A stretch of 64,000 nucleotides of DNA from a virus, in the IMG/VR virus record IMGVR_UViG_3300020156_000023, positions 36,411 through 100,410 of that record. One strand, 5' to 3'. Below are positions 46,843-53,783 of the stretch, one piece after another (the stretch's first letter is position 1; every line of letters begins with the position of its first letter). The notes under the pieces were generated by a model. That model had not been told where the DNA came from and ran no database searches. It was given only the letters and a program-made list of their open reading frames with translations. A program made the position numbers and the translations under genes.

Positions 46843-48534
46843 ATGTCAAAATCAAATTCAACATTAGCTGGTAAATTAGGTTCTATACAACCTAAAGAAG
46901 GTTTAGTAGCTGCTAATAATGTACCTACCCCAGACACTAAGAACATACAAGGGTATGATGCATATAAGCAAGATAAGTGGTTAAGATTGTTAACAATGCT
47001 TAATGTACTTAAACTACAACCACAATATTACAGAAGTGAGAGGACAGCACTACAAGAGTTACAAACTCTTATCAAAGAATGTGCTACTGAAGATGCATAC
47101 TTCACATGTCAGTGTATAGTATGGTCAAGATGTTTAGGGGAAGGTATGAGAACTATTTCTCATGCTGCTTCTGTATTTGTAGCACCATACATTTCAGGAC
47201 AAGAGTTCTCTAAGAGGTTCTATGGACCATGGAACAAGAAAGAGAAAAAAGGTGGTGTGATTTATAGGCCAGATGATATGAATGAGATATTACAAGGTTT
47301 TGTAGCTCTAAATGGAGAATACAAAACTACAACTGTAACAAATCATACTACTGGTGTTTCAGACACTCAGGTAGATATCTCAGGTACAAAGTTAACTAAT
47401 GCTATGAAGAAAGGATTTAAAGCAGCCATTGAGAGTCTTGACTCTTATTCATTGCTTAAGTATAAGTCCTCTCTGATAGATGTTATAAACCTTGTACATC
47501 CTAAATCATCAGACTCTCAGGCTACAGTAGAGGTGGATGGAGAAACTGTCTATACTATTGATGCTATAATGAGAGGAATGAATGTTTCTGCTAATACTTG
47601 GGAAGTAAACCAAGGAGAGGCAGGTCAAATTGTTTCTAAAGCTGTCAAGGAAGGTAAAATCACTGAAGAGGAAGCTAAAGAGGTATTAACTCAAGCTAAA
47701 GCAGATAATTGGGAAGAGATGCTTAATGAAGGTAAATTACCTATATTAGCAACTCTTAGGAACTTAAGGAACATCCTTAAAACTAATCCTAAAAGTGAAA
47801 CAATTAAGAAATTGTGTGAACTTGTATCTAATCCTACCTTGTTAAGACAAGGTAAGATAATGCCATATCAGATTGATATGGCTAATGAGATTATGCTTAC
47901 TGAGTTTAGTGGCTCTACTGCAAGGACTGTATCTAAAGCTTTAGCTGAAGGTTATGAACTTGCTGTGCCTAATTTAGCAGAGTTATTACCAGGTAATAAT
48001 GTAGTGTTCTTAGATATGTCAAACTCTATGACTTGGCATAAAGTTAGGGTTAATGGTAAAGAAGGCTCTACTACTCCTGCAGATAAAGCATGTCTTATTG
48101 CTGCAACTATAGCTAAGGCTACTGGAGCTGATATTATGATATTTGGTACAAGTGCTAAGTATGTACAATATAACCCTAATACGGATGTATTTACATTAGC
48201 TAAGCAATTGAATAATGCCAATATGGGTGGTACTGATTTATCTACAGCGTGGAAATTAGCTAAATCATCAGGTAGGAAATATGATAGAGTATTTATCTTA
48301 TCTGATAATGAGGTTAACACAGGAAATACCTATAATGCTTATAGGGACTATATGAGTAATATGGGTAATCCGTATGTATATTCAGTAGACTTAGCAGGAT
48401 ATGGTACTAATGCTATTGCTGGGGATAAAGTAAGGTATTATTATGGGTATGGATTTGCTATGTTTGATGATATAGCAACTTCAGAGTTCAATCCAACTCA
48501 TCACATTGACAAAGTAAAACAAGTAATAATTTAA
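46843..48534 (+). CDS. rsr: Ro60/Rsr-like TROVE + VWA RNA-binding protein
   Basis: N-terminal N..G..AY..D...RL....N.L....YY, LLKY, DVI.L.HPK, ATLRNLRN, I.PYQ; C-terminal MIDAS DMSNS, GGTD, ILSDNE. Confidence 0.88.
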   Translation: MSKSNSTLAGKLGSIQPKEGLVAANNVPTPDTKNIQGYDAYKQDKWLRLLTMLNVLKLQPQYYRSERTALQELQTLIKECATEDAYFTCQCIVWSRCLGEGMRTISHAASVFVAPYISGQEFSKRFYGPWNKKEKKGGVIYRPDDMNEILQGFVALNGEYKTTTVTNHTTGVSDTQVDISGTKLTNAMKKGFKAAIESLDSYSLLKYKSSLIDVINLVHPKSSDSQATVEVDGETVYTIDAIMRGMNVSANTWEVNQGEAGQIVSKAVKEGKITEEEAKEVLTQAKADNWEEMLNEGKLPILATLRNLRNILKTNPKSETIKKLCELVSNPTLLRQGKIMPYQIDMANEIMLTEFSGSTARTVSKALAEGYELAVPNLAELLPGNNVVFLDMSNSMTWHKVRVNGKEGSTTPADKACLIAATIAKATGADIMIFGTSAKYVQYNPNTDVFTLAKQLNNANMGGTDLSTAWKLAKSSGRKYDRVFILSDNEVNTGNTYNAYRDYMSNMGNPYVYSVDLAGYGTNAIAGDKVRYYYGYGFAMFDDIATSEFNPTHHIDKVKQVII

Positions 48535-48546
48535 AAAAGTAGTCTT

Positions 48547-48960
48547 ATGTTTGTAGAATATAATGGCAAGACATATGCATTTAGATTTATGCATATCACA
48601 AAGGATGAGGCAGAATTCTCTCCTGAAGGTTTAATGATAATACCGAGGCAAACAGTTTGTTTGGTACAAGTTAAGGAGGGAGAGGATTGGAAAGACCTCA
48701 CAGTACAGACTCAGGAGGGTGATGTAATATCAGAACATGTTGTTGTTGGTATTGCAAGAGTACATCCTAATGACAAAAACTTTGTCAAAGAAATAGGTAG
48801 GCAAATCTCTTTAGGTAATGCTCTTAAGAAGTTTGTACCTAAGGAAGATAGAATTATGTTCTGGGAGACTTATAGGAACTGGAAAACATCCAAACCAAGG
48901 ATGTTATTATCTACCAATATGTCAGCAATAGAGACTTTACTTAAAGAATCTAAATCATGA
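48547..48960 (+). CDS. Conserved phage hypothetical protein
   Basis: G.AR.HP.D.NF.K..GR..SL..A motif. Confidence 0.6.
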   Translation: MFVEYNGKTYAFRFMHITKDEAEFSPEGLMIIPRQTVCLVQVKEGEDWKDLTVQTQEGDVISEHVVVGIARVHPNDKNFVKEIGRQISLGNALKKFVPKEDRIMFWETYRNWKTSKPRMLLSTNMSAIETLLKESKS

Positions 48961-49286
48961 GAATATTAGGAACTATATTTTGTATACTGCTGTTCATTGC
49001 AGCAGTATACTATAGTCTCGTAGGTACAGCAGGTAATGTTGAAACCTTAAAAGAGAGAGCACCTAAAGAGATGCCTGCCAGAGGTTGGGAAATTCTTAGA
49101 TATGAGGGTTTCCAGTATGGTAGTTATAATACACATGGTGGTTCTGTATGGTATCATGTTAGGGAAATAGAAAACCCTAATGTTCAATATAGGGTAAAAA
49201 TATCCTTATGGAATGATGAGCTGCAATATTACTATGGACAACCTGAGAAACTTATCAGGCATGAGGTAGAATATAAGAGTAAATAA
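48957..49286 (+). CDS. Membrane-anchored hypothetical protein
   Basis: N-terminal TM segment. Confidence 0.6.
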   Translation: MRILGTIFCILLFIAAVYYSLVGTAGNVETLKERAPKEMPARGWEILRYEGFQYGSYNTHGGSVWYHVREIENPNVQYRVKISLWNDELQYYYGQPEKLIRHEVEYKSK

Positions 49287-49312
49287 AAAACTTTAAAATA
49301 TTTAACCTGGCT

Positions 49313-49344
49313 CTTGCTGGGTTAAATATTTTTCTTTAACTTTG
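49313..49344 (+). promoter_or_regulatory. Bacteroidetes-type promoter heading the tmRNA/tRNA region
   Basis: CTTG, 20 nt, TAACTTTG; the -33 element sits at the centre of an inverted repeat (about 49295-49332). Confidence 0.65.
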
Positions 49345-49359
49345 CACAGGTTCTTTGAC

Positions 49360-49665
49360 ATGAAAACAATTATAATAGATACATCTTACTTTGTAAAGGT
49401 AAGACCATATGACCCCGTGTATCAATTAGCCTTATTTAAGTTAGTACAACGTAATAATAATGGGTTATGGCCAAGTGAGTTAATATGGACTACTGCCTAT
49501 GGAGCTAAGTACAGACTTAAGGAAATGAGTGATAGTCATGTAATTAATGCTCGTAGAAGATTGGAAGACCCTGTACAAGAGTTTCCAAAATATTGGGGTG
49601 GTGTAAGTAAAGAAAACTGGTTAATAGCTTTTACAGCAGAACTTATAAAAAGAAAACTAATATAA
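49360..49665 (+). CDS. Hypothetical protein
   Basis: ATG at 49360; W.T..G......EMSDSH..N motif. Confidence 0.6.
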   Translation: MKTIIIDTSYFVKVRPYDPVYQLALFKLVQRNNNGLWPSELIWTTAYGAKYRLKEMSDSHVINARRRLEDPVQEFPKYWGGVSKENWLIAFTAELIKRKLI

Positions 49666-50041
49666 GGGGGTGACTGGTTTTGACAGCTAAGAGTAGGTAA
49701 TAATATTCAGCAGTCAGTGATGACTTAAAACATTGAAGGTGAAATAATTAAATGGCAACATTGATAATACACAAGTAGAAGCTAACATGACTGTAGTACA
49801 CAACATATTAAATGGTGGTTCGTATGAAGGTCAACTCAAAGGAGAAGATGATTTAGTTACATCTAAAGGAACTTTTGTTAAAACAAATATGTTAGTAGCT
49901 GCCTAAGCTATAAATAGAAGAACACAACACATAGGGATTATGGATTACTAATGTTCCTCTCAATACATTAGAACAATAAGCTGTATACAATATTATTAGT
50001 TGAAAATAGTTTGGACAGGAGTTCGACTCTCCTCACCTCCA
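49666..50041 (+). ncRNA. ssrA: tmRNA
   Basis: 5' GGGGGTGACTGGTTTTGAC; 3' GACAGGAGTTCGACTCTCCTCACCTCCA; G3-U70; tag frame ending LVAA-stop (49754-49906). Confidence 0.92.
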
Positions 50042-50046
50042 CAAAT

Positions 50047-50121
50047 AGTACCTCAGCATATTTGGTGTATGACGCTACCCTGTCACGGTAGAGATTGCGG
50101 GTTCGAATCCCGTAGGTACTG
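50047..50121 (+). tRNA. tRNA-Asp(GTC)
   Basis: AGTACCT/AGGTACT acceptor; CTACC-ctGTCac-GGTAG. Confidence 0.85.
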
Positions 50122-50122
50122 C

Positions 50123-50209
50123 TAAAGAGTAGTAACACATAAGATACTTCGAAATCAAATTTTTACTTTGGCAATTCAAAAAACAATCTTATGTAATTTT
50201 CTCTCTTTA
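50123..50209 (+). ncRNA. Y-RNA-like element 1 (minimal)
   Basis: TAAAGAG/CTCTTTA, TAGTAAC loop, ACATAAGAT/ATCTTATGT, ACTTCG. Confidence 0.65.
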
Positions 50210-50217
50210 TTTTTAAT

Positions 50218-50289
50218 GCTGGATTAACTCAACGGTAGAGTACTTCACTTGTAATGAAGAGGTTATAAGTTCGAATCTTATATTCAGCT
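50218..50289 (+). tRNA. tRNA-Thr(TGT)
   Basis: Cloverleaf; CTTCA-ctTGTaa-TGAAG. Confidence 0.9.
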
Positions 50290-50310
50290 CAAACTTTTAA
50301 ATATATAATT

Positions 50311-50403
50311 ATGGAAGGTTTTATTGTAATACTTGCTGTTTTACTTTTTATAGGATTTGCTTTAACATTTAATGATGATGATTCAGGACCTCATATGACT
50401 TAA
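50311..50403 (+). CDS. Small membrane peptide (30 aa)
   Basis: MEGFIVILAVLLFIGFALTFNDDDSGPHMT. Confidence 0.45.
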   Translation: MEGFIVILAVLLFIGFALTFNDDDSGPHMT

Positions 50404-50411
50404 AATTAAAA

Positions 50412-50484
50412 GCCCTTGTAGCTTAAATGGAAAAGCCACACCCTTCTAAGGTGTTGAGTACAAGTTCGAATCTTGTCAGGGGTT
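50412..50484 (+). tRNA. tRNA-Arg(TCT)
   Basis: ACACC-ctTCTaa-GGTGT; T-arm. Confidence 0.88.
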
Positions 50485-50489
50485 CACAT

Positions 50490-50697
50490 AGAGTGGTTAG
50501 GAATAGGTTACTTCGTAAACAATATAAAGGCAGAGTCTTAGGACTCAGAGACTATATAAGTTTCAATTAACTACGTGTAGTAACACGTTGCGAAATGAGG
50601 TTAACTTATGGGTTACTTCAACTATAAGGGAAGTTATACTCCCTAAGAGTATAATGGTATGGCATTATCTATACAACCCTATTCCTTCATTCCCTCT
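50490..50697 (+). ncRNA. Y-RNA-like element 2 (multi-hairpin payload)
   Basis: AGAG/CTCT, TGGTT loop, AGGAATAGG/CCTATTCCT, TTACTTCG. Confidence 0.65.
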
Positions 50698-50703
50698 TAA
50701 AAT

Positions 50704-50779
50704 TGGTGTGTAGCATAGCCTGGCCTAATGCAGTAGACTGTTAATCTACCTATCGTAAGTTCGAATCTTACCACACCAG
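50704..50779 (+). tRNA. tRNA-Asn(GTT)
   Basis: GTAGA-ctGTTaa-TCTAC. Confidence 0.9.
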
Positions 50780-50785
50780 CAATTA

Positions 50786-50857
50786 GTCCTATTAGCTCAG
50801 GGGTAGAGCAGGAAGCTCATAACTTTCAGGCCATTGGTTCAAATCCAGTATAGGACA
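50786..50857 (+). tRNA. tRNA with CAT anticodon (elongator Met or Ile2)
   Basis: GGAAG-ctCATaa-CTTTC; identity cannot be resolved by eye. Confidence 0.8.
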
Positions 50858-50863
50858 CAATTT

Positions 50864-50937
50864 GCGTGCAGTAGCTCAATTGGTAGAGTAGTAGTCTCCA
50901 AAACTATTGGTTGTAGGTTCGAGTCCTACCTCACGTG
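50864..50937 (+). tRNA. tRNA-Trp(CCA)
   Basis: GTAGT-ctCCAaa-ACTAT; bulged C in the acceptor stem. Confidence 0.8.
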
Positions 50938-51048
50938 CTAATATCTGTTATTTTACCGATAATTCAATTTATCGTATAAATGACCGATAAACTAGTAGAT
51001 TAAGTTATTCTGTGGCTCTACAAGATGTGCACATCTACACGGAAGCAT

Positions 51049-51123
51049 GCATCCTTAACTCAGTCTGGCCAGAGTGTTTCCCTTACATGGAAAAAGTCCT
51101 AGGTTCGAATCCTAGAGGATGTA
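51049..51123 (+). tRNA. tRNA-Val(TAC)
   Basis: TTTCC-ctTACat-GGAAA. Confidence 0.88.
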
Positions 51124-51203
51124 CTAAATTTTATCGGTATGGAACTATTAATAGGCACAATGGTTTTAATTATACTTGCATTCATAGCGGGTATGTCAAG
51201 TAG

Positions 51204-51276
51204 GGACAGATAGCAAAGCAGGTCTATGCATTGGTCTGAAACACCAGGGATGAAGGTTCGAGTCCTTCTCTGTCCA
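51204..51276 (+). tRNA. tRNA-Phe(GAA)
   Basis: TTGGT-ctGAAac-ACCAG. Confidence 0.88.
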
Positions 51277-51277
51277 C

Positions 51278-51420
51278 AATACTAATAGTAAGACATTAAG
51301 TTACTTCGCAACACTTTTAATGTTAAGGTCATAGGTTCGAATCCTATACTATGTTTATACATGGTTAGCTCAGTTGGTAGAGCATAGAAAAATACACTTA
51401 AAGTCAAGTTCTTTAGTATT
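51278..51420 (+). ncRNA. Y-RNA-like element 3 with a circularly permuted tRNA-Lys(UUU)-like domain
   Basis: Shared scaffold; inside it the order is anticodon arm, T arm, closed acceptor stem, D arm. Confidence 0.8.
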
Positions 51421-51424
51421 AATT

Positions 51425-51507
51425 GGGATGTGAAAGCCATTTGGATATGGCAGCCTGACTGTAAATCAGGTCTTTTCGGGGGAGTGGTTCGAGTCCATCA
51501 CATCCCA
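51425..51507 (+). tRNA. tRNA-Tyr(GTA)
   Basis: CCTGA-ctGTAaa-TCAGG, variable arm. Confidence 0.85.
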
Positions 51508-51517
51508 CAATTATTCT

Positions 51518-51601
51518 AGCGTGGTAGTCAGTAGTTGGAAGCTTGTAAGGCTCATAACCTTATGTCGTAAGACCCCGTGAGTTCGAGTCTCACCCACGCT
51601 A
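51518..51601 (+). tRNA. tRNA-Met(CAT), initiator-like, with extra variable hairpin
   Basis: TAAGG-ctCATaa-CCTTA; GTC-gtaa-GAC in the variable region. Confidence 0.75.
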
Positions 51602-51613
51602 CAATAATCTTTT

Positions 51614-51689
51614 AGAGTAATGGACTAAATGGGTAAGTCACTTGCTTTGGGAGCAAGGTATCATGCAGGTTCGAATCCTGCTTACTCTA
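51614..51689 (+). tRNA. tRNA-Pro(TGG)
   Basis: CTTGC-ttTGGga-GCAAG. Confidence 0.88.
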
Positions 51690-51705
51690 CTAAATTTTTA
51701 TTATT

Positions 51706-51900
51706 ATGAATTATATTGAACAAGAAATTCAAGAAGCATTAGAAACTCAGCTTACTCTAATTAGAGCTGTTATTGCTAATGATGAATTAAGAAAATTAAA
51801 TGCTGAGGCTATAAAACTATCTTATGACAGTTTTATAGAGCAAGGATTTAGTAATGATGATGCTATTAGGTTAGTTTGTGCATCTATCAAAAAAGTCTAA
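51706..51900 (+). CDS. Hypothetical protein
   Basis: 64 aa; Y..F...GF....A..L motif. Confidence 0.65.
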   Translation: MNYIEQEIQEALETQLTLIRAVIANDELRKLNAEAIKLSYDSFIEQGFSNDDAIRLVCASIKKV

Positions 51901-51910
51901 TCAGACAGAT

Positions 51911-51984
51911 TCCTCTATGGCCAAATTGGTTAAGGCACCTCACTTTTAATGAGGGGATTTCAAGTTCGAGTCTTGATGGAGGAA
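51911..51984 (+). tRNA. tRNA-Lys(TTT)
   Basis: CCTCA-ctTTTaa-TGAGG. Confidence 0.9.
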
Positions 51985-51991
51985 CAACAAT

Positions 51992-52065
51992 GCCCTTGTA
52001 GCCCAACTGGTAGAGGCAATAGATTTAGGCTCTATGTAGTGAGAGTTCGAATCTCTCTGAGGGTA
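51992..52065 (+). tRNA. tRNA-Leu(TAG), short variable loop
   Basis: ATAGA-ttTAGgc-TCTAT. Confidence 0.8.
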
Positions 52066-52067
52066 CT

Positions 52068-52155
52068 AAAATTTATATCGTGGGTAGTAATAAACTCACT
52101 GAGTCTTGCAGGACTCGGAAGATTTCACTGCAATGAAATGATAGATATAAATTTT
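52068..52155 (+). ncRNA. Candidate four-way-junction RNA
   Basis: 12-bp closing stem around three hairpins. Confidence 0.45.
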
Positions 52156-52168
52156 TAATTTAAAATAT

Positions 52169-52242
52169 GCCCCTGTAATCCAATTGGCAGAGATAAAGGT
52201 CTTAAACACCTTCCAGTTTTGGTTCGAATCCAAATAGGGGTA
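52169..52242 (+). tRNA. tRNA-Leu(TAA), short variable loop
   Basis: AAGGT-ctTAAac-ACCTT. Confidence 0.82.
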
Positions 52243-52250
52243 CAAATTAT

Positions 52251-52334
52251 AGTAGGTATCTGGCAGGATGAAGAGCTTGTCTTGAAAACAAGTATTGGGT
52301 AATACCAATGGGAGTTCGAGTCTCCCACCTACTA
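52251..52334 (+). tRNA. tRNA-Ser(TGA)
   Basis: CTTGT-ctTGAaa-ACAAG, long variable arm; weak D arm. Confidence 0.78.
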
Positions 52335-52338
52335 CAAA

Positions 52339-52461
52339 TATCCTGAACCTCTGAATCTACGAAATAGTGTTGCTTTGTAGTAACATGTTTAGTTAAGTAG
52401 AGTATACTCAGATAAGCTCAGCAGGATAGTACAAGATATAAAGAGGTTGAAAGTCTTGTAC
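52339..52461 (+). ncRNA. Candidate pseudoknotted RNA
   Basis: TATCCTG/CAGGATA, GTACAAGA/TCTTGTAC and crossing AACCTCT/AGAGGTT. Confidence 0.55.
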
Positions 52462-52467
52462 ATTTAT

Positions 52468-52554
52468 AGAGGATAGGTAGATATTGGTTTGCTACACTTA
52501 CCTGCTAAGTAAGACTTGGTTAAACAAGTGAGGGTTCAATTCCCTTGTCCTCTG
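52468..52554 (+). tRNA. tRNA-Ser(GCT)
   Basis: CTTAC-ctGCTaa-GTAAG, variable arm, G73. Confidence 0.85.
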
Positions 52555-52560
52555 CAATAT

Positions 52561-52633
52561 ACAGATATAGCTCAATTGGTGGAGCATCTCACTGATACTG
52601 AGAAGGCTATAGGTTCAAGTCCTATTATCTGTA
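52561..52633 (+). tRNA. tRNA-Ile(GAT)
   Basis: TCTCA-ctGATac-TGAGA. Confidence 0.88.
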
Positions 52634-52685
52634 CTAAGATTCCAAATTATTTTGTAGTTTGGAATCTCTTCTTTATCTTTACATC

Positions 52686-53102
52686 ATGGAAACAAAAATA
52701 TGTAGCAAATGTAAAGAAGATTTACCAGTTGAACAATTTTCAACTAAAAAAGGTAAACTACAGAGTTATTGTAAGTCTTGTCACAAAGAGTATAGACAAC
52801 AACATTATATTGACAATAAACAAAAATATATTGATAAAGCTGCTCAATATAGGAAAGAGTTTTATAAATGGTTTGAAGAACTTAAGAAAACTTTAAAATG
52901 TCAATCTTGCGGAGAAGATAGATATTGGGTTCTTGATTTTCACCATATTGATTCACAAACTAAAGATAATGAAGTTTCTAATTTAGTTAATACTTGTAGT
53001 AAAACTAAGGTATTAGAAGAGATTGATAAGTGTAAGGTATTATGTAGTAATTGTCATAGAGATTTACATTATCAAGAAAAACAAATGCAGTATATAGCTT
53101 AA
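52686..53102 (+). CDS. HNH endonuclease with N-terminal Zn finger
   Basis: CSKC, CKSC, CQSC, LDFHH, CSNCH; ATG at 52686 follows a promoter-like TATCTTTA. Confidence 0.85.
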   Translation: METKICSKCKEDLPVEQFSTKKGKLQSYCKSCHKEYRQQHYIDNKQKYIDKAAQYRKEFYKWFEELKKTLKCQSCGEDRYWVLDFHHIDSQTKDNEVSNLVNTCSKTKVLEEIDKCKVLCSNCHRDLHYQEKQMQYIA

Positions 53103-53158
53103 CTGGTAAAGCACTGGTCTTCCAAATCAGGGATGCAGTTCGAATCTGATATGCTGCT
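53087..53158 (+). tRNA. tRNA-Gly(TCC), atypical acceptor/T stems
   Basis: CTGGT-ctTCCaa-ATCAG; U73. Confidence 0.7.
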
Positions 53159-53172
53159 CAAAAATTAATATT

Positions 53173-53322
53173 ATGGTTAAAACAGTTATTAATGGGAATG
53201 AATGTTACATCTATATGAATGGTTCTTTGATTCATAAAACAAGATGTGATAATTCACAATCAGGTGTTACATTTGATGTAATGGCTTACAGAAAGAATGA
53301 TAGTCTCAGTACTATAAAGTAA
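53173..53322 (+). CDS. Hypothetical protein (49 aa)
   Basis: MVKTVINGNECYIYMNGSLIHK... Confidence 0.5.
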   Translation: MVKTVINGNECYIYMNGSLIHKTRCDNSQSGVTFDVMAYRKNDSLSTIK

Positions 53323-53326
53323 AAAT

Positions 53327-53402
53327 GCTGCTTTCGTCTAAATTGGAATAGGACACCACCCTTTCAAGGTGGGTAATGCGAGTTCGAGTCTCGTAGGCAG
53401 TA
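53327..53402 (+). tRNA. tRNA-Glu(TTC)
   Basis: CCACC-ctTTCaa-GGTGG. Confidence 0.9.
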
Positions 53403-53408
53403 CAAAAT

Positions 53409-53501
53409 GCCAGGGTAACTCAGGAAGATTAGAGTGCCTAACATATATTAGGAGTAAAATCTTAAGTTAGGAAGTCGGAGGTTCAAGTCCTTCTCCTGGT
53501 A
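53409..53501 (+). ncRNA. tRNA-like RNA with extended arm and no anticodon loop
   Basis: Intact acceptor, D and T arms; CCTAAC/GTTAGG encloses 23 nt. Confidence 0.7.
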
Positions 53502-53515
53502 CAAATACATATTAT

Positions 53516-53776
53516 ATGGAAACATTATTAGACAGTAATGAGATACAACGCGTGGTATTTCATTACAACAAGAAACACAATGAAGATGTAACAATCCCTT
53601 GTTGGGTGGTAAAACACAAAGGTGCAACTTATTATGTTAATCATCTAGACTCTGAGGTAGGATTTACTACTAAAGAAACTCCAGATAATGAGCATACTAA
53701 AGGAGCCCTACAATTCAGGGGAAAATTAATGATAGTAAAAGAAAATGGAATTACAACAGCTATCATTAGGAACTAA
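53516..53776 (+). CDS. Hypothetical protein
   Basis: 86 aa; FHYNK, TKETPDNEHTKG. Confidence 0.65.
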   Translation: METLLDSNEIQRVVFHYNKKHNEDVTIPCWVVKHKGATYYVNHLDSEVGFTTKETPDNEHTKGALQFRGKLMIVKENGITTAIIRN

Positions 53777-53783
53777 AATTAAA

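Noticed and set aside
51309-51384. Ordinary tRNA-Lys gene or an assembly chimera
   Set aside because: The arms are in permuted order, are enclosed by the shared scaffold helices, and the same permutation recurs at 54181-54335
51012-52896. Track ORFs 51012-51203, 51949-52158, 52096-52308 and 52516-52896
   Set aside because: They overlap tRNA genes or the HNH gene and are spurious
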